Below, piece after piece: positions 1-8,433 of a stretch of DNA of 64,000 nt; positions within the stretch are counted from its first letter, which is position 1, and each line of letters opens with the position of its first letter. The notes below the pieces were generated by a model. It was not told the DNA's origin. It saw only the letters and a list, made by a program, of their open reading frames with translations, and did no database searches. The stretch covers positions 32,001 to 96,000 of the forward strand of contig JBNKUM010000009.1 of assembly GCA_050298595.1 (NCBI GenBank), written 5' to 3'. The translations under genes were made by a program, and so were the position numbers. The stretch comes from Gammaproteobacteria bacterium. GTDB lineage: Bacteria > Pseudomonadota > Gammaproteobacteria > GCA-001735895.

Positions 1-237
1 CAGGATTATCAGGACCTGACAGGTCAAATGATCAAGCAAGTTATCAATATGGTGCAGGAAGTAGAAGAAAAACTGGTTAGACTGGTTGCTATTTCAGGTG
101 CCAAACTAAGTAAAGATATTGATAAACAAGCAGATGGTACCATGGCTCATGGACCACAGTTACCCACAGCAGATAAGGCCGAGGTTGCAACCAATCAGGA
201 TGAAGTAGACGATTTGCTGGCTAGTTTGGGTTTTTAG
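1..237 (+). CDS. cheZ: Chemotaxis phosphatase CheZ, C-terminal part (5'-truncated by window)
   Basis: Frame from base 1 reads QDYQDLTGQMIKQVI (catalytic DxxxQ motif) and ends QDEVDDLLASLGF, the CheZ CheY-binding tail; directly upstream of cheA. Confidence 0.95.
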   Translation, partial: QDYQDLTGQMIKQVINMVQEVEEKLVRLVAISGAKLSKDIDKQADGTMAHGPQLPTADKAEVATNQDEVDDLLASLGF

Positions 238-289
238 AAATCGTCAGGTGAAAATCACCTGATAGTTTAAGTAATGAACAGGTAAACCA

Positions 290-2422
290 ATGGCTATTGA
301 TTTGGAAGACGAAATCTTACAGGACTTTCTGGTGGAAGCTGGAGAGATTCTTGAAGGGTTAAATGAACAATTAGTCGACCTCGAACAAACGCCGGACGAT
401 TCCGATCTACTGAATGCTATTTTTCGCGGTTTCCATACCATCAAAGGCGGCGGTAGTTTTCTTGCATTGACCAATCTGGTCGAAGTCTGTCATAAATCTG
501 AAGACGTTTTTAATCTATTACGTAATCATGAAATCAGCCTCAATGCTGATATGATGGATGCTTTTCTGCGCGTCTTAGACGAAGCAAATAGCATGTTCGA
601 AGAGATCAGGTCAGGAGAAGACCCCTCTCCAGCCAATCCCGACTTATTGCGTGAACTGGTGGCGATGCAAACACCTGGTGCAGCAGCCGAAGAGCCATCT
701 GTCGAGGCAGAGCCTGAAATAGTCGAAGACACTACTGAGGCGGCACAGGAAGAGGCTGAAAGCGAGTTCCAGCCCGATGTTGAAGCAGTCACTAGTGAGT
801 TTGTGTCCGGTAAAGATGAGATAACAGACGAAGAATTTGAAAACCTGTTAGATGCATTACATGGCTCAGGATCAGCCCCAAAAGCTGTACAAGTCGCGAC
901 GCCTGCAACAGCAGATAAAGCATCTAGTGATGAAATATCCGATGATGAATTCGAAGCCCTGTTAGATGAGTTACATGGAAAAGGGGCGAGTCCAACAACC
1001 AAAAGTTCAGAGCCCCCCCCTAAATCAACAAAGGTTAAAAAGGCCGCTGTTAAAAAGGCTGAGGATTCGGATTCCGATATAATTTCAGATGATGAGTTTG
1101 AATCTTTGCTGGATCAAATGCACGGCAAAGGGAAAGGGCCAACTACCCCACCAAAAAAAGCCGCTGGTAAACCTGCTGTTGACACAAAACCGGCTGCAGT
1201 CGACAAGCCTGCCACTGCAGATAAGCCAGTTGCAAAGAAAGAAAGTGCTATACCCAAAGGTGAGACAACCGTTCGCGTTGATACCGCAAGGCTGGATGAT
1301 ATTATGAATCTGGTGGGTGAACTGGTGTTGACTCGCAACAGATTAAATACCTTACGCCAAACCTTTGAAGATGAGCGAGTTCATAAGGCAATATCTAGCC
1401 TTGATGTGGTCACCGCTGATTTACAGACCGCTGTAATGAAAACCCGTATGCAACCGGTGAAAAAAGTTTTTGGCCGTTTCCCACGAGTAGTAAGAGACCT
1501 CGCCCGAACTATGAAAAAAGAAGTTTCTCTGGAACTGGAAGGAGAAGAGACCGACCTTGATAAAAACCTGGTCGAAGCACTGGCTGACCCGCTGGTGCAT
1601 CTGGTTCGTAACTCAGTAGACCACGGCGTTGAAATGCCTGATATCAGGGAAAAAGCAGGTAAACCTCGGCAGGGTGTCGTCATTCTATCCGCTCAGCAGG
1701 AAGGTGATCATATCCTGCTTTCCATCAAAGATGATGGGGCTGGCATGGATCCTGAAGTATTGCGTAATAAAGTCATAGAAAAAGGTTTGATGGATGCAGA
1801 GGCTGCTGCGCGCCTGGATAAAAAAGGCTGTTTTGATCTGATTTTTATGCCGGGTTTATCAACCAAGGAACAAATTTCTGACGTGTCTGGAAGAGGCGTT
1901 GGAATGGATGTTGTGAAGACCAAGATTGCTCAGCTTAATGGAACTATTGATATTGAATCTGAACTGGGCATCGGCACAGAGCTACGTATCAAAGTGCCGT
2001 TGACGTTGGCTATCCTGCCAACGCTTATGGTGCAGATAGGCTGCAGAAAGTTTGCACTTCCACTATCGATTGTGAATGAGATTTTTGAATTTAGCTCAAA
2101 GAAAGTCAACATGGTGGATGGTAGAGAGGTCATTCAAAATCGTGGCAAGGCTCCACCTATGTTTCATCTTCGAAAATGGTTGCTTCATAGTCACGAACAA
2201 GATGAGGTATATAGTGGTGATCCACATGTGATTATGGTTCAGGTAGGTAGTGATTCTGTGGGCTTTGTGGTTGATCAGGTCATAGGTCAGGAAGAGGTAG
2301 TGATCAAGCCTTTGGGTAAAATGCTACAGGGATTACCCGGTATGGCGGGATCCACGATAACCGGTGATGGTAACATTGCTATTATTCTGGATGTGCCTGG
2401 TCTACTTAAGGCCTATACTTAA
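290..2422 (+). CDS. cheA: Chemotaxis histidine kinase CheA (flagellar F6-type)
   Basis: Hpt IFRGFHTIKGG, dimerization TVRVDTARLDDIMNLVGELV, HATPase HLVRNSVDHG/DDGAG/SGRGVGMDVV, C-terminal CheW domain. Confidence 0.97.
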   Translation: MAIDLEDEILQDFLVEAGEILEGLNEQLVDLEQTPDDSDLLNAIFRGFHTIKGGGSFLALTNLVEVCHKSEDVFNLLRNHEISLNADMMDAFLRVLDEANSMFEEIRSGEDPSPANPDLLRELVAMQTPGAAAEEPSVEAEPEIVEDTTEAAQEEAESEFQPDVEAVTSEFVSGKDEITDEEFENLLDALHGSGSAPKAVQVATPATADKASSDEISDDEFEALLDELHGKGASPTTKSSEPPPKSTKVKKAAVKKAEDSDSDIISDDEFESLLDQMHGKGKGPTTPPKKAAGKPAVDTKPAAVDKPATADKPVAKKESAIPKGETTVRVDTARLDDIMNLVGELVLTRNRLNTLRQTFEDERVHKAISSLDVVTADLQTAVMKTRMQPVKKVFGRFPRVVRDLARTMKKEVSLELEGEETDLDKNLVEALADPLVHLVRNSVDHGVEMPDIREKAGKPRQGVVILSAQQEGDHILLSIKDDGAGMDPEVLRNKVIEKGLMDAEAAARLDKKGCFDLIFMPGLSTKEQISDVSGRGVGMDVVKTKIAQLNGTIDIESELGIGTELRIKVPLTLAILPTLMVQIGCRKFALPLSIVNEIFEFSSKKVNMVDGREVIQNRGKAPPMFHLRKWLLHSHEQDEVYSGDPHVIMVQVGSDSVGFVVDQVIGQEEVVIKPLGKMLQGLPGMAGSTITGDGNIAIILDVPGLLKAYT
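815..1126 (+). repeat. Three dispersed 17-aa repeats D(E/I)I(T/S)D(D/E)EFExLLDx(L/M)HG in the CheA linker
   Basis: DEITDEEFENLLDALHG, DEISDDEFEALLDELHG, DIISDDEFESLLDQMHG starting at 815, 929 and 1076. Confidence 0.85.
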
Positions 2423-2481
2423 GATATATATACGGTAATTCAGATTAATTTAACTGATGTTCAAAGAGTTTTATTTTAACT

Positions 2482-3291
2482 ATGAAAACCTGGGCAAGTA
2501 TCAATCAGAAAGGCGGTGTAGGGAAGACGACTTCAGTTGTCAGCCTGGCGGGCCATTTGGCGAATACTGGCCAGCGTATACTATTAGTTGATCTTGACCC
2601 CCATGGTTCCTTAACCAGTTATATGGGTTATAACCCGGATGATATTAGTTCCGGGGTCTATTCTTTATTTGCCAATCCTACCACTAGTCCGGCAGAAATC
2701 GCGCGTATGCTATTGCCTACAAAAATTAAGAATACCTATCTGTTTGCAGCATCCTCCGCATTAGCCACTCTAGATCGCCAGATCGGATCAAATCAGGGGG
2801 CTGGCAAAGGACTTGTGGTGGCTAGAGCTATTAAGGCCGTAGCGGATAAATTTGCTTACGGGTTGATAGACAGCCCACCCATGCTGGGTATTTTGATGAT
2901 TAACGCTTTGGCAGCCAGTGACCAGATACTTATTCCAGCACAAACCGATTATCTTTCATTAAAAGGATTAGAGCGTATGATGCATACGCTTAAAATGGTC
3001 GGAAAATCATTAAACAAGAAGACTCCATTTATGATTATTCCTACCATGTATGATCAACGTACCAAAGCTTCGGTTGATGCGTTACAGCAAATGAAAGAAA
3101 CCTATCGGTTTAATGTCTGGGGATCGGTAATTCCGATTGATACCCGTTTTAGAGATGCAAGCAAAGTGGGCTTACCCTTGCCAACCATGGCACCTTATTC
3201 ACGTGGTTCTCTTTCCTATAAAAAATTACTGGACTTCCTGTTAGGGATTCAGGAACGTCATGATGAAGAAAAAAGACAACAATCTGCTTAA
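2482..3291 (+). CDS. ParA-family ATPase, chemotaxis-array positioning (ParC-like)
   Basis: Deviant Walker [24 protein letters not shown]; lies between cheA and CheW-domain genes. Confidence 0.9.
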   Translation: MKTWASINQKGGVGKTTSVVSLAGHLANTGQRILLVDLDPHGSLTSYMGYNPDDISSGVYSLFANPTTSPAEIARMLLPTKIKNTYLFAASSALATLDRQIGSNQGAGKGLVVARAIKAVADKFAYGLIDSPPMLGILMINALAASDQILIPAQTDYLSLKGLERMMHTLKMVGKSLNKKTPFMIIPTMYDQRTKASVDALQQMKETYRFNVWGSVIPIDTRFRDASKVGLPLPTMAPYSRGSLSYKKLLDFLLGIQERHDEEKRQQSA

Positions 3292-3976
3292 ACCTGAGCT
3301 GGCTGTAGAGAGTTATCTTGACAGTCTGTTGCAGGAAATATCAACTGACCAGACTGAACTAAGACCGTTACCGGTTAAGGGTAATGTAGTTTTACTTCCC
3401 GACTTTGAAATTCCGCAAGAAGATACCATTGACCCAGTCAATGAAATCATTGAACCCGTTTCACCTGCCACTGATTTGGCAGCTGAATCTACTGAGAACG
3501 AGCTATCACACCAGGAACAGGTTAAGGAACGCAAGTATGACTTTACTTACCCCATTCAGTGTCTAATGTTTCATGTGGCTAATACCCAGCTCTCTATACC
3601 ACTCATCGAGCTGGGCAGTGTATTACCCTGGGTCAAGAATATGACTCAGCTGCCAAGTTCCAAATTTTGGTCACTAGGCGTATTAAAACACCGAGAGCGT
3701 AAAATTCGAGTTGTGGACACTGCCGGTTTACTCAGTATCAGAAAATCAAATACTAATGGCTATACTCCGAGTCATATACTGGTGTTTGGCGATGGAGACT
3801 GGGCTTTAAGCTGTGACTCACTTGGCGAAGTAGTAAAAGTAGAGTCAGATGATATTCAATGGAATGGGCCTAAAAGTTCTGGGTTAAGCATGGGTACCCT
3901 TAGAGGGTCTCTGGCTCAATTACTTGATCCCATGAAAATAATGAAACACCTAGAAAGCATTACTGCAGCTAGTTGA
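3260..3976 (+). CDS. CheW-domain protein, ParP-like partner of ParC
   Basis: N-terminal AVESYLDSLL motif, acidic linker, divergent CheW domain (QCLMF...LSIPLIELG...); overlaps the ParA stop. Confidence 0.8.
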   Translation: MMKKKDNNLLKPELAVESYLDSLLQEISTDQTELRPLPVKGNVVLLPDFEIPQEDTIDPVNEIIEPVSPATDLAAESTENELSHQEQVKERKYDFTYPIQCLMFHVANTQLSIPLIELGSVLPWVKNMTQLPSSKFWSLGVLKHRERKIRVVDTAGLLSIRKSNTNGYTPSHILVFGDGDWALSCDSLGEVVKVESDDIQWNGPKSSGLSMGTLRGSLAQLLDPMKIMKHLESITAAS

Positions 3977-4062
3977 AGCTTTTTTTCAATTTTCTGTTAT
4001 ACATAAATCATAAGTAAATCGGTTAAACTGTTTTTCAGGTGTGCTGTATTTTTATAGTTTTC

Positions 4063-4089
4063 TTAATTTTTTGTTTGTGTTTCCGTTAA
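4063..4089 (+). promoter_or_regulatory. Putative sigma-28 (FliA) promoter for cheW
   Basis: TTAA-N15-TCCGTTAA versus consensus TAAA-N15-GCCGATAA, ending 33 nt before the cheW ATG. Confidence 0.45.
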
Positions 4090-4122
4090 CATAGACATAA
4101 CGATTTTATTTTGGAGGTTACA

Positions 4123-4593
4123 ATGGCCGCAACTCAGAACGATTCTACTTCATTACAGTGTGTTACGTTTACACTGGAAGACGAGACTTATGGAATGAAT
4201 GTTATGCAGGTGCAGGAAGTATTGCGCGAAGTTGAAGTCGCTCCTGTTCCTGGTGCTCCGGATTATGTTCTAGGGATTATAAACCTGAGGGGTAACGTGG
4301 TATCGGTGATAGATGCACGTACTCGCTTCGGTTTGCAACCTAAGGAAAGCGATGAGATGTCGCGTATTATCGTGATTGAGGCGCAACAGCAAATTTTGGG
4401 CATTCTGGTCGATAGTGTGGCCGAGGTTGTCGATATCCAGCGTGATGAAATCGATACAGCGCCTAATGTAGGCAATGCGGAAACATCAAAGTATATCGAT
4501 GGTGTAGTAAGTAGAGGTGAAAAGCTGTTGATACTGGTTGATCTCAATAAATTGCTGACTCAAACTGAGATGGGCCAGATCACGGGCTTTTAG
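4123..4593 (+). CDS. cheW: Chemotaxis coupling protein CheW
   Basis: VTFTLEDETYGMNVMQVQEV, VPGAPDYVLGIINLRGNVV; GGAGG RBS before ATG 4123. Confidence 0.95.
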   Translation: MAATQNDSTSLQCVTFTLEDETYGMNVMQVQEVLREVEVAPVPGAPDYVLGIINLRGNVVSVIDARTRFGLQPKESDEMSRIIVIEAQQQILGILVDSVAEVVDIQRDEIDTAPNVGNAETSKYIDGVVSRGEKLLILVDLNKLLTQTEMGQITGF

Positions 4594-4606
4594 CTATGGA
4601 TCAATA

Positions 4607-4765
4607 ATGCCTGACCAAAACATCAAACCGTTATACCCAGTTTCACCTACTGGCAGTGTTCTGAAAAAGAAGAAATCGCCTGATAAAAAAACACCTGGGA
4701 CGGCAAGGGAAAATGATAGAAATCAGAAACGGACAAAAAAAGGCATAATTGATACCTACGCTTGA
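4607..4765 (+). CDS. Small basic hypothetical protein (52 aa) ending GIIDTYA, below the ORF-track cutoff
   Basis: Hand translation MPDQNIKPLYPVSPTGSVLKKKKSPDKKTPGTARENDRNQKRTKKGIIDTYA*; starts 13 nt after cheW stop with GGA upstream; fills the gap to the convergent gene. Confidence 0.6.
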   Translation: MPDQNIKPLYPVSPTGSVLKKKKSPDKKTPGTARENDRNQKRTKKGIIDTYA

Positions 4766-4784
4766 AAGTATATTGTTACACGTC

Positions 4785-5078
4785 CTATAGTTTATCCATA
4801 AAATCCTTATGCTTGCCAGATAGCCGGTAAGCAAAACTCAGGACTTCAGCAATCACCAGATATAGAGATTGCGGAATATGGTCACCCAGGTCTAGCTGTT
4901 CTAGCAAAGCAGATAACTCCTTATCTTCATAAACTGGAATTTTCTCTGCTTCAGCGATACGGAGAATTTCATCAGCAATATCATGATGACCTTTCGCGGT
5001 CACCACAGGAGCCTGTTCGCCATCATATTCCAGTGCAATGGCAAATTTGGGTGATTGTTCCTTTTTCGTCTTGTTCAT
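4785..5078 (-). CDS. FlhB C-terminal-like (EscU/YscU/HrcU family) small cytoplasmic protein
   Basis: AIALEYDGEQAPVVTAKG...A..I...A....IPVYED...IPQSLYLVIAEVLSFAY; ATG 5078 overlaps the upstream stop (ATGA). Confidence 0.88.
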   Translation of the reverse strand: MNKTKKEQSPKFAIALEYDGEQAPVVTAKGHHDIADEILRIAEAEKIPVYEDKELSALLEQLDLGDHIPQSLYLVIAEVLSFAYRLSGKHKDFMDKL

Positions 5079-6565
5079 GCTTCCAGATCCAGCAGGTTGT
5101 CGTTTGTTGCGTACTGATCCTTTCCACTGGGTTGCGGGACAGGGCCGTGAAAGCAATCAAATAAACCCAGTTCAAACCCGGCTTTTTGTAACTGTGTTTT
5201 GAATTGCCCCATATGGTTATCAATCAGGTTTTTGGTGCTAGCTTGATGGGCCCAGAAATTGGCTGAGATTTTGCTGTCCTGCAGCAGGATACGGGTAGTG
5301 ATCATACCCAGTAAACCAAATTCAAACGATAGCTCTATCTCCCAGCATTGGACAGTTTCATCGCTATGGCCTTTTTTCTTTTGTTTGATTTTCAGCTGCA
5401 GGTTCTGGCTTTCCTGATCTACCTGTATGGGAATATTTAGAAAAAGATTCAGCGGTTGATGTTGTTCCAGCTGTAAACGGGTTGAGCTTTGTTGTGTGAG
5501 CAACTGATTCAAGGTCTGTTCGGTCTGTTGTAACAGTTCAAGACGCAAAGTGTTGGATAACTCGATTACAGGGCGATCATGCTGCTTATCAGTTATATGC
5601 GTCGTTGGTTGAGGGAAAATTTCACGGATTAACTGACGGAAACTTTCTGGTGAATGCTTTAGTGCGAGTGATAAATACTGTAGCTGTTGGCCAAGATTAT
5701 TCATATTACCCGGCATTTCAGCCTTGATTAATGCGAGATAGCTGAATATCTGCTGTAGTGTCTCGGGTTTGATATTGTCTGCCGAGGCCAGCGGCCTGGC
5801 CAGGCTGAGTAAAATATCGTTTAAAAGTTTTGCGCGGCCAGGGGTTACGGGCTGATCTATCGGTAGCTGCTTGCCTGGGGTTCCCTGTAATGTCTCAATG
5901 CCATGTCTGCCCTGTTGTGTCAGTTCGACTGTCTTGACATTAGCTCTATCGATTAGAGCTGCGCTTTTTGCCCCAACAAGCTCGCTCGCTACTTTTTGCA
6001 GGGAGCTTAAATTATATTGTTGACCCTGTTCTAGCCCGCGGGGGATCAAACTGGTAAGTGCCGCTTTTAAAATAGCCTGTGGTTGTATACGAATTAACTG
6101 AATCTGCTCTTTGCCTGCGTCTTTCAGGAGCAGGGTTTCGCCAATTTGCAGACTATCCTGGCGGTTTATTTGAATAACCTGATTGTTGATCCTTAATGAA
6201 GTCAGATTGTTGCTTTGCGCGACAACTTTCGCAGTCAGCACAGTGTTATTCAGATTTTGAGCAACAGCTTTGAATTGTGCTTTTGCTAGCGTAAGTAGAC
6301 TTGAAGTGTGCTGCTCAATCTTTAGCGTAGGTTGGGGTTTTAAAGCGGTTAGTCTGGCCAGTATTTCATCACCTGTTTTTAACTGATCAGGTGCTTTCCC
6401 AGTGATTTTGCCGAATGCTGTATCCAGTAATACCTGATTTCCTGTTTGCTTAACGACTACCGCTCTAAACAGACCTGCCTGTTGAAGATTCTGCAGAATA
6501 TCCAGAACCTTTGCAGTGCGAGCATCCAGCTGAACGCTGGGTAAAGTAGAGTTTATGGGTTGCAT
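5075..6565 (-). CDS. FliK-domain (flagellar hook-length control-like, FliK2-type) protein
   Basis: Q/L-rich body; C-terminal WEIELSFEFGLLG...ISANFWA...LQKAGF...LLDLEA; coupled to FlhB-C gene. Start uncertain (GTG 6604 or ATG 6565). Confidence 0.75.
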   Translation of the reverse strand: MQPINSTLPSVQLDARTAKVLDILQNLQQAGLFRAVVVKQTGNQVLLDTAFGKITGKAPDQLKTGDEILARLTALKPQPTLKIEQHTSSLLTLAKAQFKAVAQNLNNTVLTAKVVAQSNNLTSLRINNQVIQINRQDSLQIGETLLLKDAGKEQIQLIRIQPQAILKAALTSLIPRGLEQGQQYNLSSLQKVASELVGAKSAALIDRANVKTVELTQQGRHGIETLQGTPGKQLPIDQPVTPGRAKLLNDILLSLARPLASADNIKPETLQQIFSYLALIKAEMPGNMNNLGQQLQYLSLALKHSPESFRQLIREIFPQPTTHITDKQHDRPVIELSNTLRLELLQQTEQTLNQLLTQQSSTRLQLEQHQPLNLFLNIPIQVDQESQNLQLKIKQKKKGHSDETVQCWEIELSFEFGLLGMITTRILLQDSKISANFWAHQASTKNLIDNHMGQFKTQLQKAGFELGLFDCFHGPVPQPSGKDQYATNDNLLDLEA

Positions 6566-6673
6566 ATAGGCAAAATATAACCGTGCTGGGTAATTCACTG
6601 CCACCTGTTTAAGATAAACGAAGTATAAATCATTAATCTCAATAGGCGTTGTTTTGAAGAGAGGAGTATCCAG

Positions 6674-6687
6674 GTCTATAAATTGAC
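6674..6687. promoter_or_regulatory. Putative FleQ/FlrA-type enhancer box
   Basis: GTCTATAAATTGAC versus Pseudomonas FleQ consensus GTCaNTAAAtTGAC; weaker copy GTCAAATATATGGC at 6770-6783; both upstream of a sigma-54 site. Confidence 0.55.
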
Positions 6688-6698
6688 GCCTCTGACAT

Positions 6699-6725
6699 AT
6701 ATCGGCAGAAAAGACTGAAAAATAA
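6699..6725 (-). promoter_or_regulatory. Putative sigma-28 promoter for the FliK-like/FlhB-C operon
   Basis: Minus strand TTAT-N15-GCCGATAT; -10 matches 7/8 of GCCGATAA. Confidence 0.55.
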
Positions 6726-6845
6726 CCTTGCTAATCCCCCTGATTTTTATCGATTAATGGAATACTTGTGTCAAATATATGGCGATATTACTAATTAACG
6801 AGAATTGTTTAGTGTAACTTATTGAAAAATATATAAATTAAAATA

Positions 6846-6861
6846 TGGCATGATACTCGCT
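6846..6861 (+). promoter_or_regulatory. Putative sigma-54 (-24/-12) promoter for the GGDEF gene
   Basis: TGGCATGATACTCGCT: GG-N10-GC with TGGCA; ends 39 nt before ATG 6901. Confidence 0.65.
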
Positions 6862-6900
6862 TAATGAATGCTGTATTAAACCAGAAGAAAAGAAGCAACT

Positions 6901-7818
6901 ATGCCTCAGACTACATCTTTATCAGGAGAAAACAAATCTCCATTACAGGTGATCGCGCTTGATTCGCGTAAATCAGAACAGGTGGTTAGTGACAAGCAGT
7001 ACTTAAAGATTCTGCAAATGTCTGATCTACTGTCGAGGACGCTTAATCTGGAAGAGTTGCTGAAGATTTTTTCCAGTGAAATTGCTGCTCTCATTCCACA
7101 TACAAGTTACCGCTACTCTTCCGACCATCTGGAAAAGCCCGTGAGAAGCGGTAAGCTGGGCCAACATAGTTTGAATTACCATTTAACCATTCAGCAAATG
7201 GATCTTGGTGAGCTGACTCTTTATCGTACGACACCTTTTAGCAGTAACGAAGTCTGCCAGTTTGAGGACTTGCTATGCTCACTGGTATATCCGATAAAAA
7301 ATGCTCTGCTTTATCATGTTGCAATTGTCTCGGCGTATAAAGATCCTTTGACTAATATCAATAATCGAGCGGCTATGGATAAGATGTTGCCGCGTGAAAT
7401 TCGCCTGGCTAAACGTCATGATCACCGACTTGCATTGATGATAATGGATCTGGATGGGTTTAAGTCAGTCAATGATAATCTGGGGCATGATGTAGGTGAC
7501 CGATTACTGGTTATGGTAGCTAAAACTATCCAGGATGTTCTCAGAGATACAGATATGTTCTACCGTTATGGTGGTGATGAATTTGTTGCTGCTCTGCCAT
7601 ATACCGATGCACAGGGTGCTATTGATGTTGCCAACAGAATACTCAAAGCTATTCGAAATCTTGAGCAGGGTGTTTTTGAGGAAACTTTCCAGATCGGCTT
7701 GAGTGTTGGACTATCCATGTTACATGCAGGCGATGATTTTGAACGACTGTTCAAACGAGTTGATCAGGCGTTATATCGAGCCAAGAAAGATGGTAAGCAT
7801 CGCGTTGTAATCAGCTAA
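6901..7818 (+). CDS. Diguanylate cyclase (N-terminal GAF-like region plus GGDEF)
   Basis: DPLT...NR, DLDGFKSVND..GH..GD, intact GGDEF with RxxD I-site (RDTD) five residues upstream. Confidence 0.93.
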   Translation: MPQTTSLSGENKSPLQVIALDSRKSEQVVSDKQYLKILQMSDLLSRTLNLEELLKIFSSEIAALIPHTSYRYSSDHLEKPVRSGKLGQHSLNYHLTIQQMDLGELTLYRTTPFSSNEVCQFEDLLCSLVYPIKNALLYHVAIVSAYKDPLTNINNRAAMDKMLPREIRLAKRHDHRLALMIMDLDGFKSVNDNLGHDVGDRLLVMVAKTIQDVLRDTDMFYRYGGDEFVAALPYTDAQGAIDVANRILKAIRNLEQGVFEETFQIGLSVGLSMLHAGDDFERLFKRVDQALYRAKKDGKHRVVIS

Positions 7819-7972
7819 ATAGCTAGTTAAATTAGATTAAAAGACGATTTTGAAAATGTATCGGATATTTTAGATGCTATAGTCTTATTGTATTAATTTA
7901 AAGCTTCCGTAATCCTTAATCTGTTGCAAAGGCATTTCGGTGGCTATAGCGATTAATTTTAGGGGTTATAAA

Positions 7973-8335
7973 ATGGCTTCAATATTGGCTGTTGATGATT
8001 CAGCATCAATGAGACAAATGGTTTCTTTTACTTTAAAGACTGCTGGTCATGATGTGACAGAAGCTGAAGATGGTGTGGTTGCCTTAAATATGGCCAGGTC
8101 ACGATCTTTTGATCTGGTGATAACTGACGTGAATATGCCGAATATGGATGGCATTACACTCATCGCTGAATTAAGAAAACTCCCAAATTTTAAATTTACT
8201 CCTCTTCTGATGCTGACTACCGAATCTTCAAGCGACAAGAAAATGGCGGGCAAAAATGCCGGGGCTACGGGATGGATAGTCAAGCCATTTAACCCTGATC
8301 AGTTACTTGCTGTTATTAAGAAAGCCTTAGGGTAA
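7973..8335 (+). CDS. cheY: Chemotaxis response regulator CheY (F7/Che2-type)
   Basis: Single REC domain ILAVDDSASMRQMV...TDVNMPNMDG...LTTESS..KKMAGK.AGATGWIVKPF; AGGGG RBS before ATG 7973. Confidence 0.93.
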   Translation: MASILAVDDSASMRQMVSFTLKTAGHDVTEAEDGVVALNMARSRSFDLVITDVNMPNMDGITLIAELRKLPNFKFTPLLMLTTESSSDKKMAGKNAGATGWIVKPFNPDQLLAVIKKALG

Positions 8336-8433
8336 CTCATCATGTATCTGCCTGGTGAGGTCATGCCGAGTATGAGCAGACCAGGCAGTATTCGGGGTGT
8401 TGAAGTTCAGGGAATAGCCAGGAGCATTGACGC

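Noticed and set aside
244-2133. Multiple Ser-rich minus-strand ORFs inside cheA, and similar ones inside the receptors, relA, glnD, map and bamA
   Set aside because: Antisense or alternative-frame shadows of well-supported genes, with no motifs or RBS
4643-4834. 63-aa minus-strand ORF
   Set aside because: Overlaps the FlhB-C gene and is antisense to the better supported 4607-4765 ORF
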